Positions 50,775-64,000 of a stretch of DNA of 64,000 nt are shown here, in pieces. Every line of letters starts with the position of its first letter. The stretch's first letter is position 1. The position numbers were made by a program, and so were the translations under genes. Location: positions 1 to 64,000 of the forward strand of contig NW_021831852.1 in the NCBI RefSeq assembly GCF_006345805.1, in the 5' to 3' direction. The notes under the pieces were generated by a model, which made no database searches, was not told the origin of the DNA, and worked only from the letters and a program-made list of their open reading frames with translations. Origin of the DNA: Octopus sinensis (taxonomy: Eukaryota).

Positions 50775-53700
50775 CATTATCATATATACATACACACATA
50801 TATAGTACGTATGTATGTACATACATATCTATCTATCAATCTATTTATATACTACATATCTATCTATCTATGTATATATCGTCTATCTATCTATCTATCT
50901 ATTTATCTATCTATCTTATATCTATCTATCTATCTCTATCATATATATATATATATATAATATATATATGTGTGTGTGTGTGTGTGTTGTGTGTGTGTAT
51001 GGATATATATATATATATATAATATCTATATATATATACATATACACACATCCCAAGTAAACACAAAGAAGAGTGCAATTGTACTCCTATCCGATCGCTC
51101 TTTCCCCAGACATAATCCTGGAGAGGGAAATAAGTGCGTAATGAAACAAAATCTAATGGGGGGTTCTAGCATGGCCATGCCCTGTCGCTGCAACGTTTAG
51201 CCCTATTAATATTAGTGTTAAGTATTTATATCTAGATGTACACTTACACACCACGCACCGAAACAGACACATACAAACAAACACACACACGCACACATAG
51301 GAATACGTACATATTTACACACGTTATCGATTCTCTCCATCAGGACGGAAGTGAGGCGAGTTTTTTTGAATTTCTTTCCAACTGAAAATAAAACGTGGCG
51401 AGTGCAATGTAGATCGGTGAATTTCGTAATGTTTGACTGTAATTCACGTTGGTTTTTATATATGAAATATAAGAACGTATGTAAATACATAACACACAGA
51501 AACACGGACAAACACACGCACAATAAACACAAACACACACATACGCACGCACACAGACACACGTGCTCAATTGTACACCAACAATCACACTATACAGTGT
51601 ATGTCCACTCACATATATGTGTGCGGTTGTGTGTGTGTGTGCGTATAACTAGATACGTATTTTGTGATATTTATGGTGTGTATGCTTATGTGTACGTGTA
51701 TACCTATATATTGATGTGTTTATATATATATTAATATATATATATTATATATATATATATATTTATATATTATATATATATGTATATATTATATATATAA
51801 TTATATATATAATATATATATATATATATGTCTGTTTGGAGGCGAGTGGCCCAGTGCTTCGGGTCGCGGACTCACGTTTTAGGATCGCGATTTCGATTCC
51901 CAGACTAGGTTTGTGAGCACTCTTTCGCTACAACTTTCTCCCTTTCTTCTCTTGACCTGCTCGCTTAACCAGCGGGCTGGCGTCATTTGAAGGCTAAAAC
52001 AATGCGAAGCGCATTGTGACCAGCGATATGTAGCAACAACTGGTAGCTTGGTCTGTAACGGTGATCACGGAGTTTATGTATACACGCACACACACACATA
52101 CACACGTACATACTCACACACCAGCACAGATGCCCACATATACCTTTAACGAACAATAATCATACAGATACGCCACACACTTATACACACATGGGCAGAG
52201 ACACACACGCACATTCACGTACTTAAGCGCACACACGCTCACAAGCACACGCACGCACATTACGACCACACACAACTCCAAAAACCCTCACACACACACG
52301 CATGTACAAATTCACAGAAACACCGATACATATACATACGCACAATATATGCCTACACGCGCACACACAATACACATAAAGTATAAACACATATAGACAC
52401 AGACACCAAAACAAACCACGCACGCAAAACTCACAACCCCACGGATACACGTATATACACCCATATACGCTTACACACATACAAACTCACACGTACACGC
52501 ACACACAACTACACTCACATACGAGACGCATGCACATACAAACCACACACACAAATGAACCCACATACGTCCCATACACACGGCACACAATTATACATAC
52601 ACGCACAATTATACATACATGTATACTCGCATACGCACAAATATTCGCCACCACCCAAACGCTACGCATACACACACATGCACACACACATACATACACA
52701 CACACTACAAGCAAAACAACACATGATACGTATACATACACACACACACACATACTTCAAACAAGCAGTACCTACAACTTGACCTGTGGTAGAGACAAAG
52801 GAGCCACGCCCAATTCCTTCTTCCTGACCTTAACACTACTAACCCTACAACACGCAAAGATTAACAGCCACAACCACACACACACATACACACACACATG
52901 CACATACACATACACGTGTCATCATTGCACACATACACACATACACACACACGCACACGCAGACCTCCACACACTCTCTATCCACACTTACACACACATT
53001 CCTCTTCCTCTACCACTATTCTGTCTTTGAAAAGAACTTATCTTCACCCATTTCCTTCCGGTCATTCAAAATGTGGCCGCATGTGTACAGTTGGCGATTT
53101 TTTCCTCTGTCTTCCCTCCTCTGGATCTTTCCTTCTTGTATGTTTCCGACGAAGAAACTCCACCGAAACGTTAAACCCTCTTTCTTTCCTTATTTCCTGA
53201 GCGTCCAATAATACTATCTTGTTCCACGTCCTCGCGTCGTTGTACTTTGTGCTGTCATGTTTGGATTAAATTACCTATATATATGTATACATGTGTATGT
53301 GGTGTATATATATATATATATATATATATATGTAGAAATACGTGTGTGTATATGTGTGTGTGGTGTGTGTGTGTGGTGTGTGTCTGTGTGTGTCTGTGTA
53401 CTAGCAGACATACCCGGCATTGCTGGGGATTCAAATGGCAAAAGTTGGTATATAGTATATTCCAGTCATTTTGAAACAGGTGATATTGGAAAGTGCAACG
53501 TTGACAATAAAACATTTGTAGAGTAAATGCTCGGATAATTCGACTAAGCAACATGCTATGCGTCCGTTTGGAGTGTTTCAGGCACTAACCTGTCATACAA
53601 AATTGGATGTGGGGTTTGTGTGATTTTTGAACGCACCGAAAAACTGTCAGTGGGTATACTCTCCTTTGCAAGCAGTGTGCGCTGTGTGTAACACGAACTA

Positions 53701-56700
53701 TCATCGGAAATTTTGACACCTCACGTCGGGTGTTGTCCTCCATCACTCATATAGTAAATTTGGAGGAACTGTGGTTGTTCATTCGCGGGTACCAGAGAAC
53801 CAATAGGCGATAGACTTGCCCTTGAACTTTGACGTCGGCGTAAATCATGTTATCTATCTTCTTAGATTCACCAAACGATGTCATTTGAAATGCTGAGTTG
53901 TATTGTCTGATTGTTCAGAAAATCCTTTGACCGGATTGAAGCGCCTTCTAGAAAATTCCTAAGGGGTTGAGATGGTGTAGTGTTGGCAATGTTAACTGTC
54001 CTAATATGTAGTCATCTTGCACTGTTTCAAGTTCTAAACGATAATAAATACCCTGAAGTTCTATTTATATGATGCTATTTCTATTTATTCACAGAACCGT
54101 TTCATCTCCAAGAAATCTCTCGACGAGAAAACCTGATGACACACCAAGTAAGAACTAATTTTATAGCTAAAGTCTTTTACCCGTGCTCCTTAACCAATGA
54201 TTTATAATTTCACCAACTTTGAATTAATTCCACATTACTATCCATATGTCCACAATAATATATACTAAGACACTTGCCTGAATTTATTTAAACTATGTTC
54301 TACTTTACAAGAATTCCCTAAAAATAATGTTTATTCTAATATACTATGCCATTTATTGTGTGTATATGAGTATATCTGCAGTGCTACGTCGAGAATTGTT
54401 TCGGCCCGCACGGTTCCTCTGAGGGAGCTCTTTGCCGAGTGTCCTAGGCGGCCGGTACATTCACTGTGAAAAAACTGGAGTGCTCAGAGCGAGCCCCACC
54501 GGCTTCATACGATAAGCATAGAATGCTCTCTTCATTTGAGAATCAAATGCCCCGAGCTGGCGCTTCAGTGCGTTTATATCTACAATCAGCATTCTGTCCA
54601 CTCTGTGTTTCCAATCATTCGTGAATAGAGACCCGAAATAATGATGTTCCACCTACACAGTGCATATTTGTCAATCCTGCTTGGGGTACTCGGCAGCCAA
54701 TCAATTCAGTGCACGTTGTTGGTGACAATCAGACAATTTAGGTAGCAGCATGTCGTCCACAAATAACAGTCGACCGATCACGTAGAGATTAATTGGGATA
54801 CCTCTTCCACAATGGCTGCGCATATTCAACCGGATCACAAAAAGAATATGAGAGGGGCACTAACAATGCACACTTCAACTAAGTGAAACTTCACGTTGAA
54901 AGCTTTCGACTTTTACAGAAATACAAACATTTGAACATCCATATAGGTACTTTATGGCACCATGATTTGCCCATTAAACTCACCTTCCTGGAAAACCATC
55001 CAAACATGACCCAGGGCACTGATCGTGGTTTATAGCGTTTAAACTTTGGAAATATTTTTGTATTTGCTGGAAGATCTGTTTTGAACGACTATCTGATCAG
55101 GTGTACCGCGTGTCGGACGGTAATCTTGGGCGCGACAATTTCCTACATATCTTTTCTTGACATCTAGTGTAGACATTTCTATAATTCGACACGCTCCTTG
55201 GTCTCTGTCCGAAGAAATTGTGATTGTCACCCTATATTTCATTGCCTTGGTATTTTTTCCAGAGGTCCCATCCACCTAGCGTACATGGGACACTCAGAGA
55301 ATACCATCTGTATTTAAGGTTTCTAAAATATCAAGCCGAACCTGCTTATCACCAGCAGCTATATCACTTTTAAGTGAGTTTAGCTCAAATAAGCCTTCAA
55401 CCGAAGAAGAACCTGCCGAAAAAATAATACAATCACGAATCCATTTCGATGTCCAACTTCATTCAGGTGGGTCACTCTCAATTTGGATGCAAAAGTCGGA
55501 CAAACGAAATTTTTTAGAGCAGACATTTATTATATCTTACAGGCAGATTATATCTAACATTCAGACAGTTTAATTCTCAATTATTAAAGGTTGTTCCTTC
55601 TTGATCTGCTTTGGGTCCTGAGAGCGTCATTTTGTGCTCCAGGCCAAACACCCCATATTTAGTTCCAGGCTTCATGCTGGTTTCACCGGTATTGTGTGGG
55701 GTGTGTGCTATATTTATCGAACGGACTCCTCTACTCGAGATCCGGATGCGATGTCTTTTAACTAAATCGACAAATGATGCGGTATGGTTGTTAATTTAGT
55801 ATTGTAGTTATGATGGCCTTATATGCGCCGAGCTCCAAACTGATATTTATAATTGACCGATGAATATTCGCACCTGCCGAATATTTTATCATTGTTCTAT
55901 TGAGAAGTATATATACTCATACCCAAGTTTACGTATCATACATACATCCGTTCATAGCGGAGACCGATACAGATTCTGATATCTGAGATTAATCTCTCAA
56001 ATCTTTGACATCAACGTCACCAACAGGCTCAACAGAAAAATGTCTTCTTTCTTTCTTTACAATTTATTCTGATTATTTACCATCTTTCGTTCTGACATCA
56101 TTCATTCACTCGTTCTTTCTTAAATTCTATATTTCTCTCTTCTCCATCAATTCCTTCCCATCCAACATCCTACTTTGTAAATGATCCCCAATTCTTTCTT
56201 TAAAACTACATTATTTCATTTTAATTCACAGAACCCGGTCTCGGATCATTGTATACCGGTGGGGTAGAACAACATGTCCTCCTTATTCAAATCTTGTATA
56301 TGACGGTTAGTATACTTTATATTTCTGACCTCTCATACTCTCTTTGTCCTTCTCTTGTTCTCTTTTTAGACCTCTCATTCTCTCTTTTGTTGCCTCCCTT
56401 TATCTCTCACCCTCTCTCTCAAACACACGCACACAAACTCACCCTTTGTCGGGTTTCTAACATAACTTCTCAAATCCTCTTACGATATGTCACGTTTCAA
56501 ACGTCTATACCTGTAGACTATACAAACACTACACAAGACTGCTTACTCCTTTGCGGGTATTTGGTCAAATCAGAATATTATATGTTGTCTACTACGGACC
56601 AAGTGAAAAGGATGCTAACTGGTGATCAATTGTACAGGCTACGGATGGTGGTATTGTACGTGAGTGACTAGAGCTGAATAGTGGCCACTTGTCTATCATT

Positions 56701-58420
56701 AACTAGAGTGCCCAATGATCGTAGGTGTGGGCTAAACTGAAAAGAGTCTATCAGAATGATGACAGTGACTGATGTAAATGGTTAATGGAATGACGCACAA
56801 TGTAGAATGAGGACTGGACAAGCCACACACTGTAACTGATGGAAAAAGTTAAGGACTTATTCATTAAGTAAATAGAGAGAGACTAAATATTAGTGAGAGA
56901 ACACAACAGAGTACAGAATGCACTTCTATTCTTCTCCGCCTCACCCAAATCGTCTACCTATCGCTGAAACCTTGCTCTTTTCATGCACCACATCACCTCA
57001 TAATATCCAGTATATCTTTGTAAAGTAATTCCGAAACTTACAATTCAAAACTGCTGCTACAAACTGCGTCCCCAATCAACCTTACGTTCCTTAAAAATGC
57101 CTGAATCTGCTCTCTATAAACCCTACACGTATATTTTATCGGTCGCCGACTCCATCACCAAAATATCCCCGTTCACTCGTGAACACCTTTTCAATTTGGG
57201 TAAACACGAGTACATGCGTTACAGAATCCTTTCTTTTTCTCCTTCTATTAACATCCTCGCAAAAACACTTCCCCACGCAAACTTAATAATAATCCACGTC
57301 ATATCCCCAAATACTTGCCCGTATACACACAACATATATAACATATAATTACATATATTATATATATATATATAATAATATTATATAATTGATTCAGATG
57401 AATATGGTACTTAAGTTGAGGCTCCAGAATTTACTACGACATTATCCATACATTTCAAATTAAGGTGATTAAAATAAAATAAGCAACGATGATATCCAGA
57501 GATAATGCAGTACTTTCGTTTCATGCAATTCCATTTAATTGAACAATGCAATCATTACATCAGTTTAAAATTTAGAGCAATTTCAGCTGCAAAAACGTCG
57601 GATTTAATGAAATTACAACAGATGGACACATTTGTATAATTATACTTAAAATCTCCAAGATATTACAGAGAAACATGTTGTCTCTACTTCAGCATAGCAG
57701 TTACTAAAATTATCAAGAAGACTCAGCTTACCACTGATTTTTTGTCTTTCTGGGGTCAGTTTTAATTATAGACTAATTTACAAATCCTTGGTATATCTAA
57801 GGCTGAGATACATAGGGCAGTATCTGTAGGGGGAGGGCTCAGGCAGTAGATAGACATTGTAGTTGGTATAATTATAAAATAATCAAGAATTATTATAAGC
57901 AATACCATGAGGTTTAGTAAGGGAAAACTTAAAACAAGATGTTAGCTGATAATTAAGGGGGTCGCAACTGGCAGACTATTGACAATGAAAACGGAAGGTC
58001 TATCAATATTATAGTTAAATATTTTAAACAATGTTGCTATGAATACAGTTGAAGTTAGGGTTTCCAAAGGATTATTTAGAAGAATATTATAACAAAAAGG
58101 ATAGAAATTGTTGAATATTTTTCTATTCATAAGTATCATAAATTTCTTGATAATTTGATATTATTAACTTCTATGCTGATGTAGAGACAAACTGTTCTTT
58201 GTGTATCTCCTTAACTCTTGGAAATTTTAGGTATAATTATACTAATGTGTCAATCTGTTTTAATTTAATAAATCCTATGTATTTGTGCAGCTTAAGTTTG
58301 CTCTATATTTTAAATTAATATAATGATTGTATTGTTCAATTAAATGGAGTTGCATGAAACAATCGTACTGCATTATCTCTGGATATCCTTTGCTTTACTT
58401 CGATATCTATATATATTATA

Positions 58421-58467
<47 letters not shown>

Positions 58468-58746
58468 GAGAATGCAAATGCATATCTAGGATCTCATGCA
58501 TACAGCGACACTTCTTGCACTCACATAAACACTAACATATATACACCACAATTCCTTCACCCGTTGCTAAACATGACTTCTTTTAAGGTCAAACTGTAAT
58601 GAATGTTTCCGTAATTTCATATATAATTTTACTTAATATCTTCTTTTTTACTTGATTTATTCTTACCAATTCTAGGATGCCAGAAATATCATCAAAACAA
58701 GAAAAATCTAAATCTGTTCGAAATGATTCTAGAAAACATTTTGTAA
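49862..58746 (+). pseudogene. Copy D: exons 1-3 present (49862-50003, 54095-54147, 56232-56305), exon 4 deleted
   Basis: Exon-4 acceptor ttcttaccaattctAG (ends 58675) is followed directly by g-atgccagaaatatc, which in A lies ~170 nt past the stop; exons 1-3 are 142, 53 and 74 nt (all frameshifted). Confidence 0.85.
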
Positions 58747-61282
58747 GATTTCAGTTTATCAAACTTATCGTTGAAATAAAATGGATTTGTTTTTAACAGT
58801 ATTTTGTCTTCTGTCTCATGATTCAACAAACCCCAATAAAGTACCACCATAGAATTATATCAGCTTTCATGCACAGCCTTAGAAAATCTAATACTCGACG
58901 CTACTATCTCGACATCTTGGTTTTCAAATTACAAACACGGATTCTGACAAGGAGCATGACCGCTACATTACATAGCACAGAACTTAACTGATTCTTTCAA
59001 CAACACCAGATACTCCCACACAATCCATTCTATTTGCCGTTATTAATCAGGAAAAGCTTTCCGATCCATTCCTACCCCATATCTTATAAAACCTATTTAT
59101 CGTCAACTTTAGAAATATCAAAAATGTTCAAATTAAGCTTTCTGAGAAATGTGGAATTTACACGATCAATCCCTCAAAAGACAGTCGAAATAAGTATTGG
59201 TCCTGCCAACCTAAATCTATATCACAAAATGTCCCACCTCTCTTCAGATAAGATACAAAAATGAAACTCGATGCCCACAACATACACGTCATACACTAAC
59301 GCTGATTATACAAGAACAAGAAAGGAAATCAACCAGAAAAATTGCCTCATTTCGACAGCAGAGACATCAAATGCGACGATTTCTTTACTCATTACGTACA
59401 ACAACCAGAACCGAAGAAATGATGGATCCTAGAAGCTGTACATTTCATGCGAAACGAATACAACACACATAAAAGTGAGAGTAAAGAGAGCAAATATAGT
59501 CAGGGCAAGCACGGATGCTGTGTAAGAAGGCTGAGATGTTGTGACCGTCACGGTATATCCAATAGGATCATGAGAGTATGTTGGAGTGTGTCGAATATGT
59601 GTTAGATAAACGAAGGTTTCGGGTTAACAGCATCAAGCTGCAATAAAGATTAAAGATTATTAATGTTTACTATCCCAGTATATTAGTCTAATGGGTAAAT
59701 CTGCATTCGCTTCTCCAGATTACAAATATTTCTGCGTTGTAAATCGTAAACATTGCAGAGAATACGGACGCCGGTAGATCTTCAAATTCATCTTTTGATT
59801 CAGCGGCATAATTAGACAGTTTAAAACGACCGCCATATGTTTAAGCTGTACAGAGCATGCGCAGCTGCATATGCAACCCGCCATTACAATAGGAAAAATT
59901 ATGGGACTTGTTGAAATTAACCTTATTTCGAGGGCCAAACAGAGAGTGTTACACACACACACACACAGACACACACACAACAAACACACAAACACACACA
60001 CACAATACACACACCACACACAAATTACACACGCACGCACACACACACATACACACACACACACGCCACACACAACATACATACACATATATATACAAAT
60101 AGATTAAATTAGGTCAAACTATATCTGAGGGGTCTAATATGCTTCCTCTGAGAAATTTTAATCATAACAATGGAATTCCGTCGTACATATGCAGTACATA
60201 CGGGAGGTGCACTTGCGATTGAGTTTCAAATGGGAGACACTGTACCTGGATGTTTTGCTAGGATTTATAAACAAGAAGAAAAGTATTCAAAGCTAGTGAT
60301 AATTACGAGCTAAAAAATGTATGAATGTCATTATTCGGTTTTAATAGAATATTCTGGTCCACACGAAATAGAGACGGCTTCTAACTGAGTTCCGAGTATC
60401 TTCATTGGAATTTCAACAACAGGAACAGGATATTTTTGTATGTATGTCTGTATGTATGTATGTATGTATGTAGTATGCATGTATGTAGTATGTATGTATG
60501 TAGGGATGTAGTATGTATGTATGTATGTATGCAGGAATGTATGTATGTATGTATGTATGTGTTGTATGATGTATGTATGTATGTATGTATGATGTATGTA
60601 TGTATTGTATGATGTATGTATGTATGTATGTATGCATGAATGTCGGGTATGTATGTATGTATGTATGCATGTATGTAAGTAGGTATGCAGTATGTAGTAT
60701 GTATGCATGTAGGTATGTATGCATGTGATGTATTATATGCATGAATGTATGTATGTATGTATGTATGTAGTATGTATGTATGTATGAATGTATGTATGTA
60801 TGTATGTGTATGTATGTATGTATGTATGTATGTATGCATGTATGTATGTAAGTATGTATGTATGTATGCAGGGCTGTATGTATGTATATATGCATGAATG
60901 TATGTATGATGCATGTATGCATGTATGTATGTATGTATGTATGTATGCATGCATGTATGTATGTATGTATGTATGCATGTATGCGTGTATGTATGTATGT
61001 ATTATGTATGCATGCATGAATGTATGCTTGTATGTATGTATGCATGTATGTATGTATGCAGTATGCAGGTATGCATGTATGTATGCATGTATGCAGGTAG
61101 TATGCAGTATGTATGTATGTATGTATGTATGTATGTATGTATGTACGTGTGTATGTATGTAGTATGCATGTATGTATGTTTGTATTGTTAGGTATGTATG
61201 TATGTATGTATGTAGTATGCATGTATGTATGTATGTATGTATGTATGTATATATGTAGGTATGTATGCATGTATGTATGTAT

Positions 61283-61828
61283 GTCAGGTCACTTTCGAGT
61301 GCTACTGGTGACATGTAACCCAGTACAACCTGTTGCATTGTCGGGTCGTCGGCGACTAAGCCGGCACCCCACGAAGCTGCTGGTGATGAGCGAGTTTATT
61401 GGACACCCTGCGGGATGAAAAACAAAACCGTCAAAGGACGGAGGAACTCTTGAGAGTCAACGGCCATCCAATACCGTCTTAAGGCTGTATCATTCGCGGG
61501 GACATAGAAATAATCGGACTGAATATCCGATCGCGCGGTTAAACCATTGGGAGTGAAGGACTCCTAGACTTTGTTAGGGCATCCTTCTAGAAGGTAACTC
61601 AGGTAACCGGGATAACTCCGATATAAAACCTGCGGCTCAGTGGTTACCGATGATGTTGACTTGTTCTTCTTTTCGGATTATGGCTGCTGTTGCTTAGTGG
61701 CTGGGATTGACTCAGCGCACAGCCTTTCCTCGCTTTAAAAAAAATCTTCATGCACAGGCATTGCACGATAATAATATTGATTAAGCACCGAGCAATGGCC
61801 ATACTCGATAACGAGGGGGCAGCCACCA
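61283..61828 (+). mobile_element. Fifth copy of the ~555-bp element (start of unit E)
   Basis: Colinear with 93-646. Confidence 0.45.
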
Positions 61829-62939
61829 TATATGTATGTATGTATGGATGGATGGATGGATGTAAGTATATATGCATGTATGTATGGATGTATGTATATA
61901 TATATGTATGTGTATATGTGTCTATCGATATATACACGCTTACATTCAAACATACATGCATGTATACATGTATACATACATATATGTATAAATATATGCA
62001 TACATATATGTATGTATGTATGAAAGTATGTATGTATGTTTGTATGTATGTATGTGTGCATGTATGTGTGTATGTATGTATATATATGTATATATGTGTG
62101 TGTATGTAAGTATATATGTATGGGGGTATGTATGTATGTATATATGTATGTATATACCCGAGTGTGTATGTATGCATGTATGTATGTATGTGTGTATGTA
62201 TGTATGTGTGTGTTTATGTATGTATGTGTGTGTGTATGTATGTATGCATGTTTGTATGTATGTATGGGTGGGTGGGAATTGGTAGGTTTTGATTTTGATA
62301 TTCACATAAAACTTTTCTAATCCGATTAACGCTTGTTGTGAAGAATCCAATCCGAACAGCGGACTTCATTAGATTAAGTCTTGCGATTACTGTGTGGGTT
62401 GAACGAAATACTTCCCACGCTGAATATTAAAACAGTGTGTGAGTGTGTGTGTGTGTGTGAGTGTGAGTGTATGTGTGTGTGTGTGTGTGTGTGTTGTGTG
62501 TGTGTGTGTGTGTGAGTGTATGTGTGCGTGTGGGAGTGTGTGTGCGTGTGTGTGTCAGAGTATGTGTGTGTGTGGGAGTGTGTGTGTGTGTCAATGTGTG
62601 TGTGTGTGTCAATGTGTGTGTGTGTGTGTCCGTGTATGTGTGTGTGTCAGTGTGTGTGCGTGTGTGTGTCAGCGTGTGTGTGTGTGTGTGTCAGTGTGTG
62701 TGTCTGTGTCAGTGTCTGTGTGTCAATGTGTATGTGTGTGCGTGAGTGTGTGTGTGTGTGTGTGTGTGTAAGACAATGTATCTGTGTGTGTGTGTCAGTG
62801 TGTGTTGGTGTCTGTGGGTTTGTGTGTTGGTGTGTGTGTATGTCAGTGTGTGTGTGTTAGTGTGTGTGCGTGTGTGTGTCTGTGTGTCAGTGTGTGTGGG
62901 TGTGTGTGTGTTCGTGTTTGTGTCAGTGTGTGTATGTCA

Positions 62940-62970
<31 letters not shown>

Positions 62971-63403
62971 CGCGTGCGTCTGTGTATTCGTCTGTTGAAC
63001 GAAATATTTCCCACAATGAATATTAAAACAGTTTCCCAAGAATAACAAATAAAATTAAATAAAAACATTAGTAAATAAATATATCATAATATATCCAGAA
63101 ATAGGAATCATTTCACTTTACACGTGTCTCTCATTCATCAAAATATTTTGCTAATTATTGTGTGACAATATCAAACCATCTCTTTCCAATAATTAAACCT
63201 GTCAGACAATTTCACACCCGCTTTTACAGTTCCACCAATCGCATTGGTTCATAAATTTACGATAAGATCTATGCCAGAGCTGGGTTGTTGTGCGCTCAAT
63301 AAATACGTGGAATTCAGTTACAGGTCTTCAGCTTAAACCTCGCATCTCGATCTTTTGTTGAAGCCACACGAAGTATCACGTACGACCGACAACTGTCACC
63401 AGA

Positions 63404-63545
63404 ATGGACTTCGCACAACTGTCCAGGAATATTTCGCAGCGTTATTCCATTTCTTCTCTCATAGCTTTTGGGTTCTTCTCGTTCTGACGATCGTGATTCT
63501 TCATCAAGATTCAAGAATAGGAAAATGGAAAGAGAATCGAAAACG
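63404..63545 (+). CDS. Copy E exon 1 (gene continues beyond the window); homopolymer indels as assembled
   Basis: ATGGACTTCGCACAACTG...AAAACG/GTAAG homologous to 1792-1935; ttttggg vs ttttgggg shifts the frame. Confidence 0.7.
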
Positions 63546-63879
63546 GTAAGTCATGGATTTTGTGTTAATATATTTATGTCTTTATGTATTTATATATGCA
63601 TGTATGTATGTATGCATTAACGTATGTATGTATGAAAATATGGATGTATGTAGGTACCGATGGATGTATGGATGGACGGATGTACATATGTTCCTATAGA
63701 GCACACACACACACACACATACGATCCATCACACCCGTAATCACAGAAAAACACACAGGCGCACACACCTAAACATACATATGTGTATATACATATATAT
63801 ACATATACATATATTTGTATATATAATATACAGATATATGTATATATAAACATACATATATATGAATATATTAGTGCGT

Positions 63880-63954
<75 letters not shown>

Positions 63955-64000
63955 CAAACACATAAATGCGGTTGTGTATATATCTCTCTCTCTATATATA

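Larger units (their letters stand above)
1..64000 (+). repeat. Tandem segmental array; exon-1 spacing 17294, 13065, 17711, 13542 nt
   Basis: Same order of modules (promoter block, exon 1, SINEs, Helitron, exon 2, RTE relic, exon 3, exon 4, 3' flank) in each unit. Confidence 0.95.

Noticed and set aside
1-64000. Dozens of ORF-track peptides such as MYVCMYVC, HTHTHT, CVCVCV and YIYIYI, including the 478-aa ORF at 16881-18317 (-)
   Set aside because: They are translations of (TATG)n, (CA)n and (TA)n tracts that lack stop codons; no domain content, splice support or conservation of frame
1-64000. CRISPR array or prokaryotic operon
   Set aside because: No regularly spaced 25-45-bp repeats with unique spacers; spliceosomal introns and metazoan TEs indicate animal nuclear DNA

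Overview
AT-rich, microsatellite-dense eukaryotic DNA. The repeat content looks like octopus/coleoid cephalopod, but that is an inference from recognised SINE-like sequence. The window is a head-to-tail tandem array of a 13-18 kb unit: four complete units (A ~1-15984, B ~15985-31104, C ~31105-47069, D ~47070-61282) and the start of a fifth (E). Each unit carries one + strand 4-exon gene, which the ORF track misses as a gene. The reconstructed ~256-aa consensus has an N-terminal hydrophobic anchor, a short stalk with no Gly-X-Y region, and a 10-Cys domain of the spongin short-chain collagen / collagen IV NC1-related family. Exons 1-3 are nearly identical between copies, but the domain exon has three sharply localised hypervariable patches. 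Copies A and B are mosaics of young and older paralogous sequence, and copy D has lost the domain exon by a deletion starting at its splice acceptor. Most rearrangement breakpoints fall in microsatellites. Every copy as assembled has at least one 1-nt indel, each at a different site, so pseudogene status versus long-read consensus error cannot be decided from sequence alone. The introns carry tRNA-derived SINEs, a Helitron remnant, decayed and young RTE LINEs, a CR1 3' fragment, a long-TIR foldback element and a Penelope-type minimal hammerhead-like motif. No prokaryotic features, CRISPR arrays, rRNA or intact tRNA genes were seen. Nearly all microsatellite-derived ORFs in the track are spurious. 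Alignments and identity estimates were made by eye.
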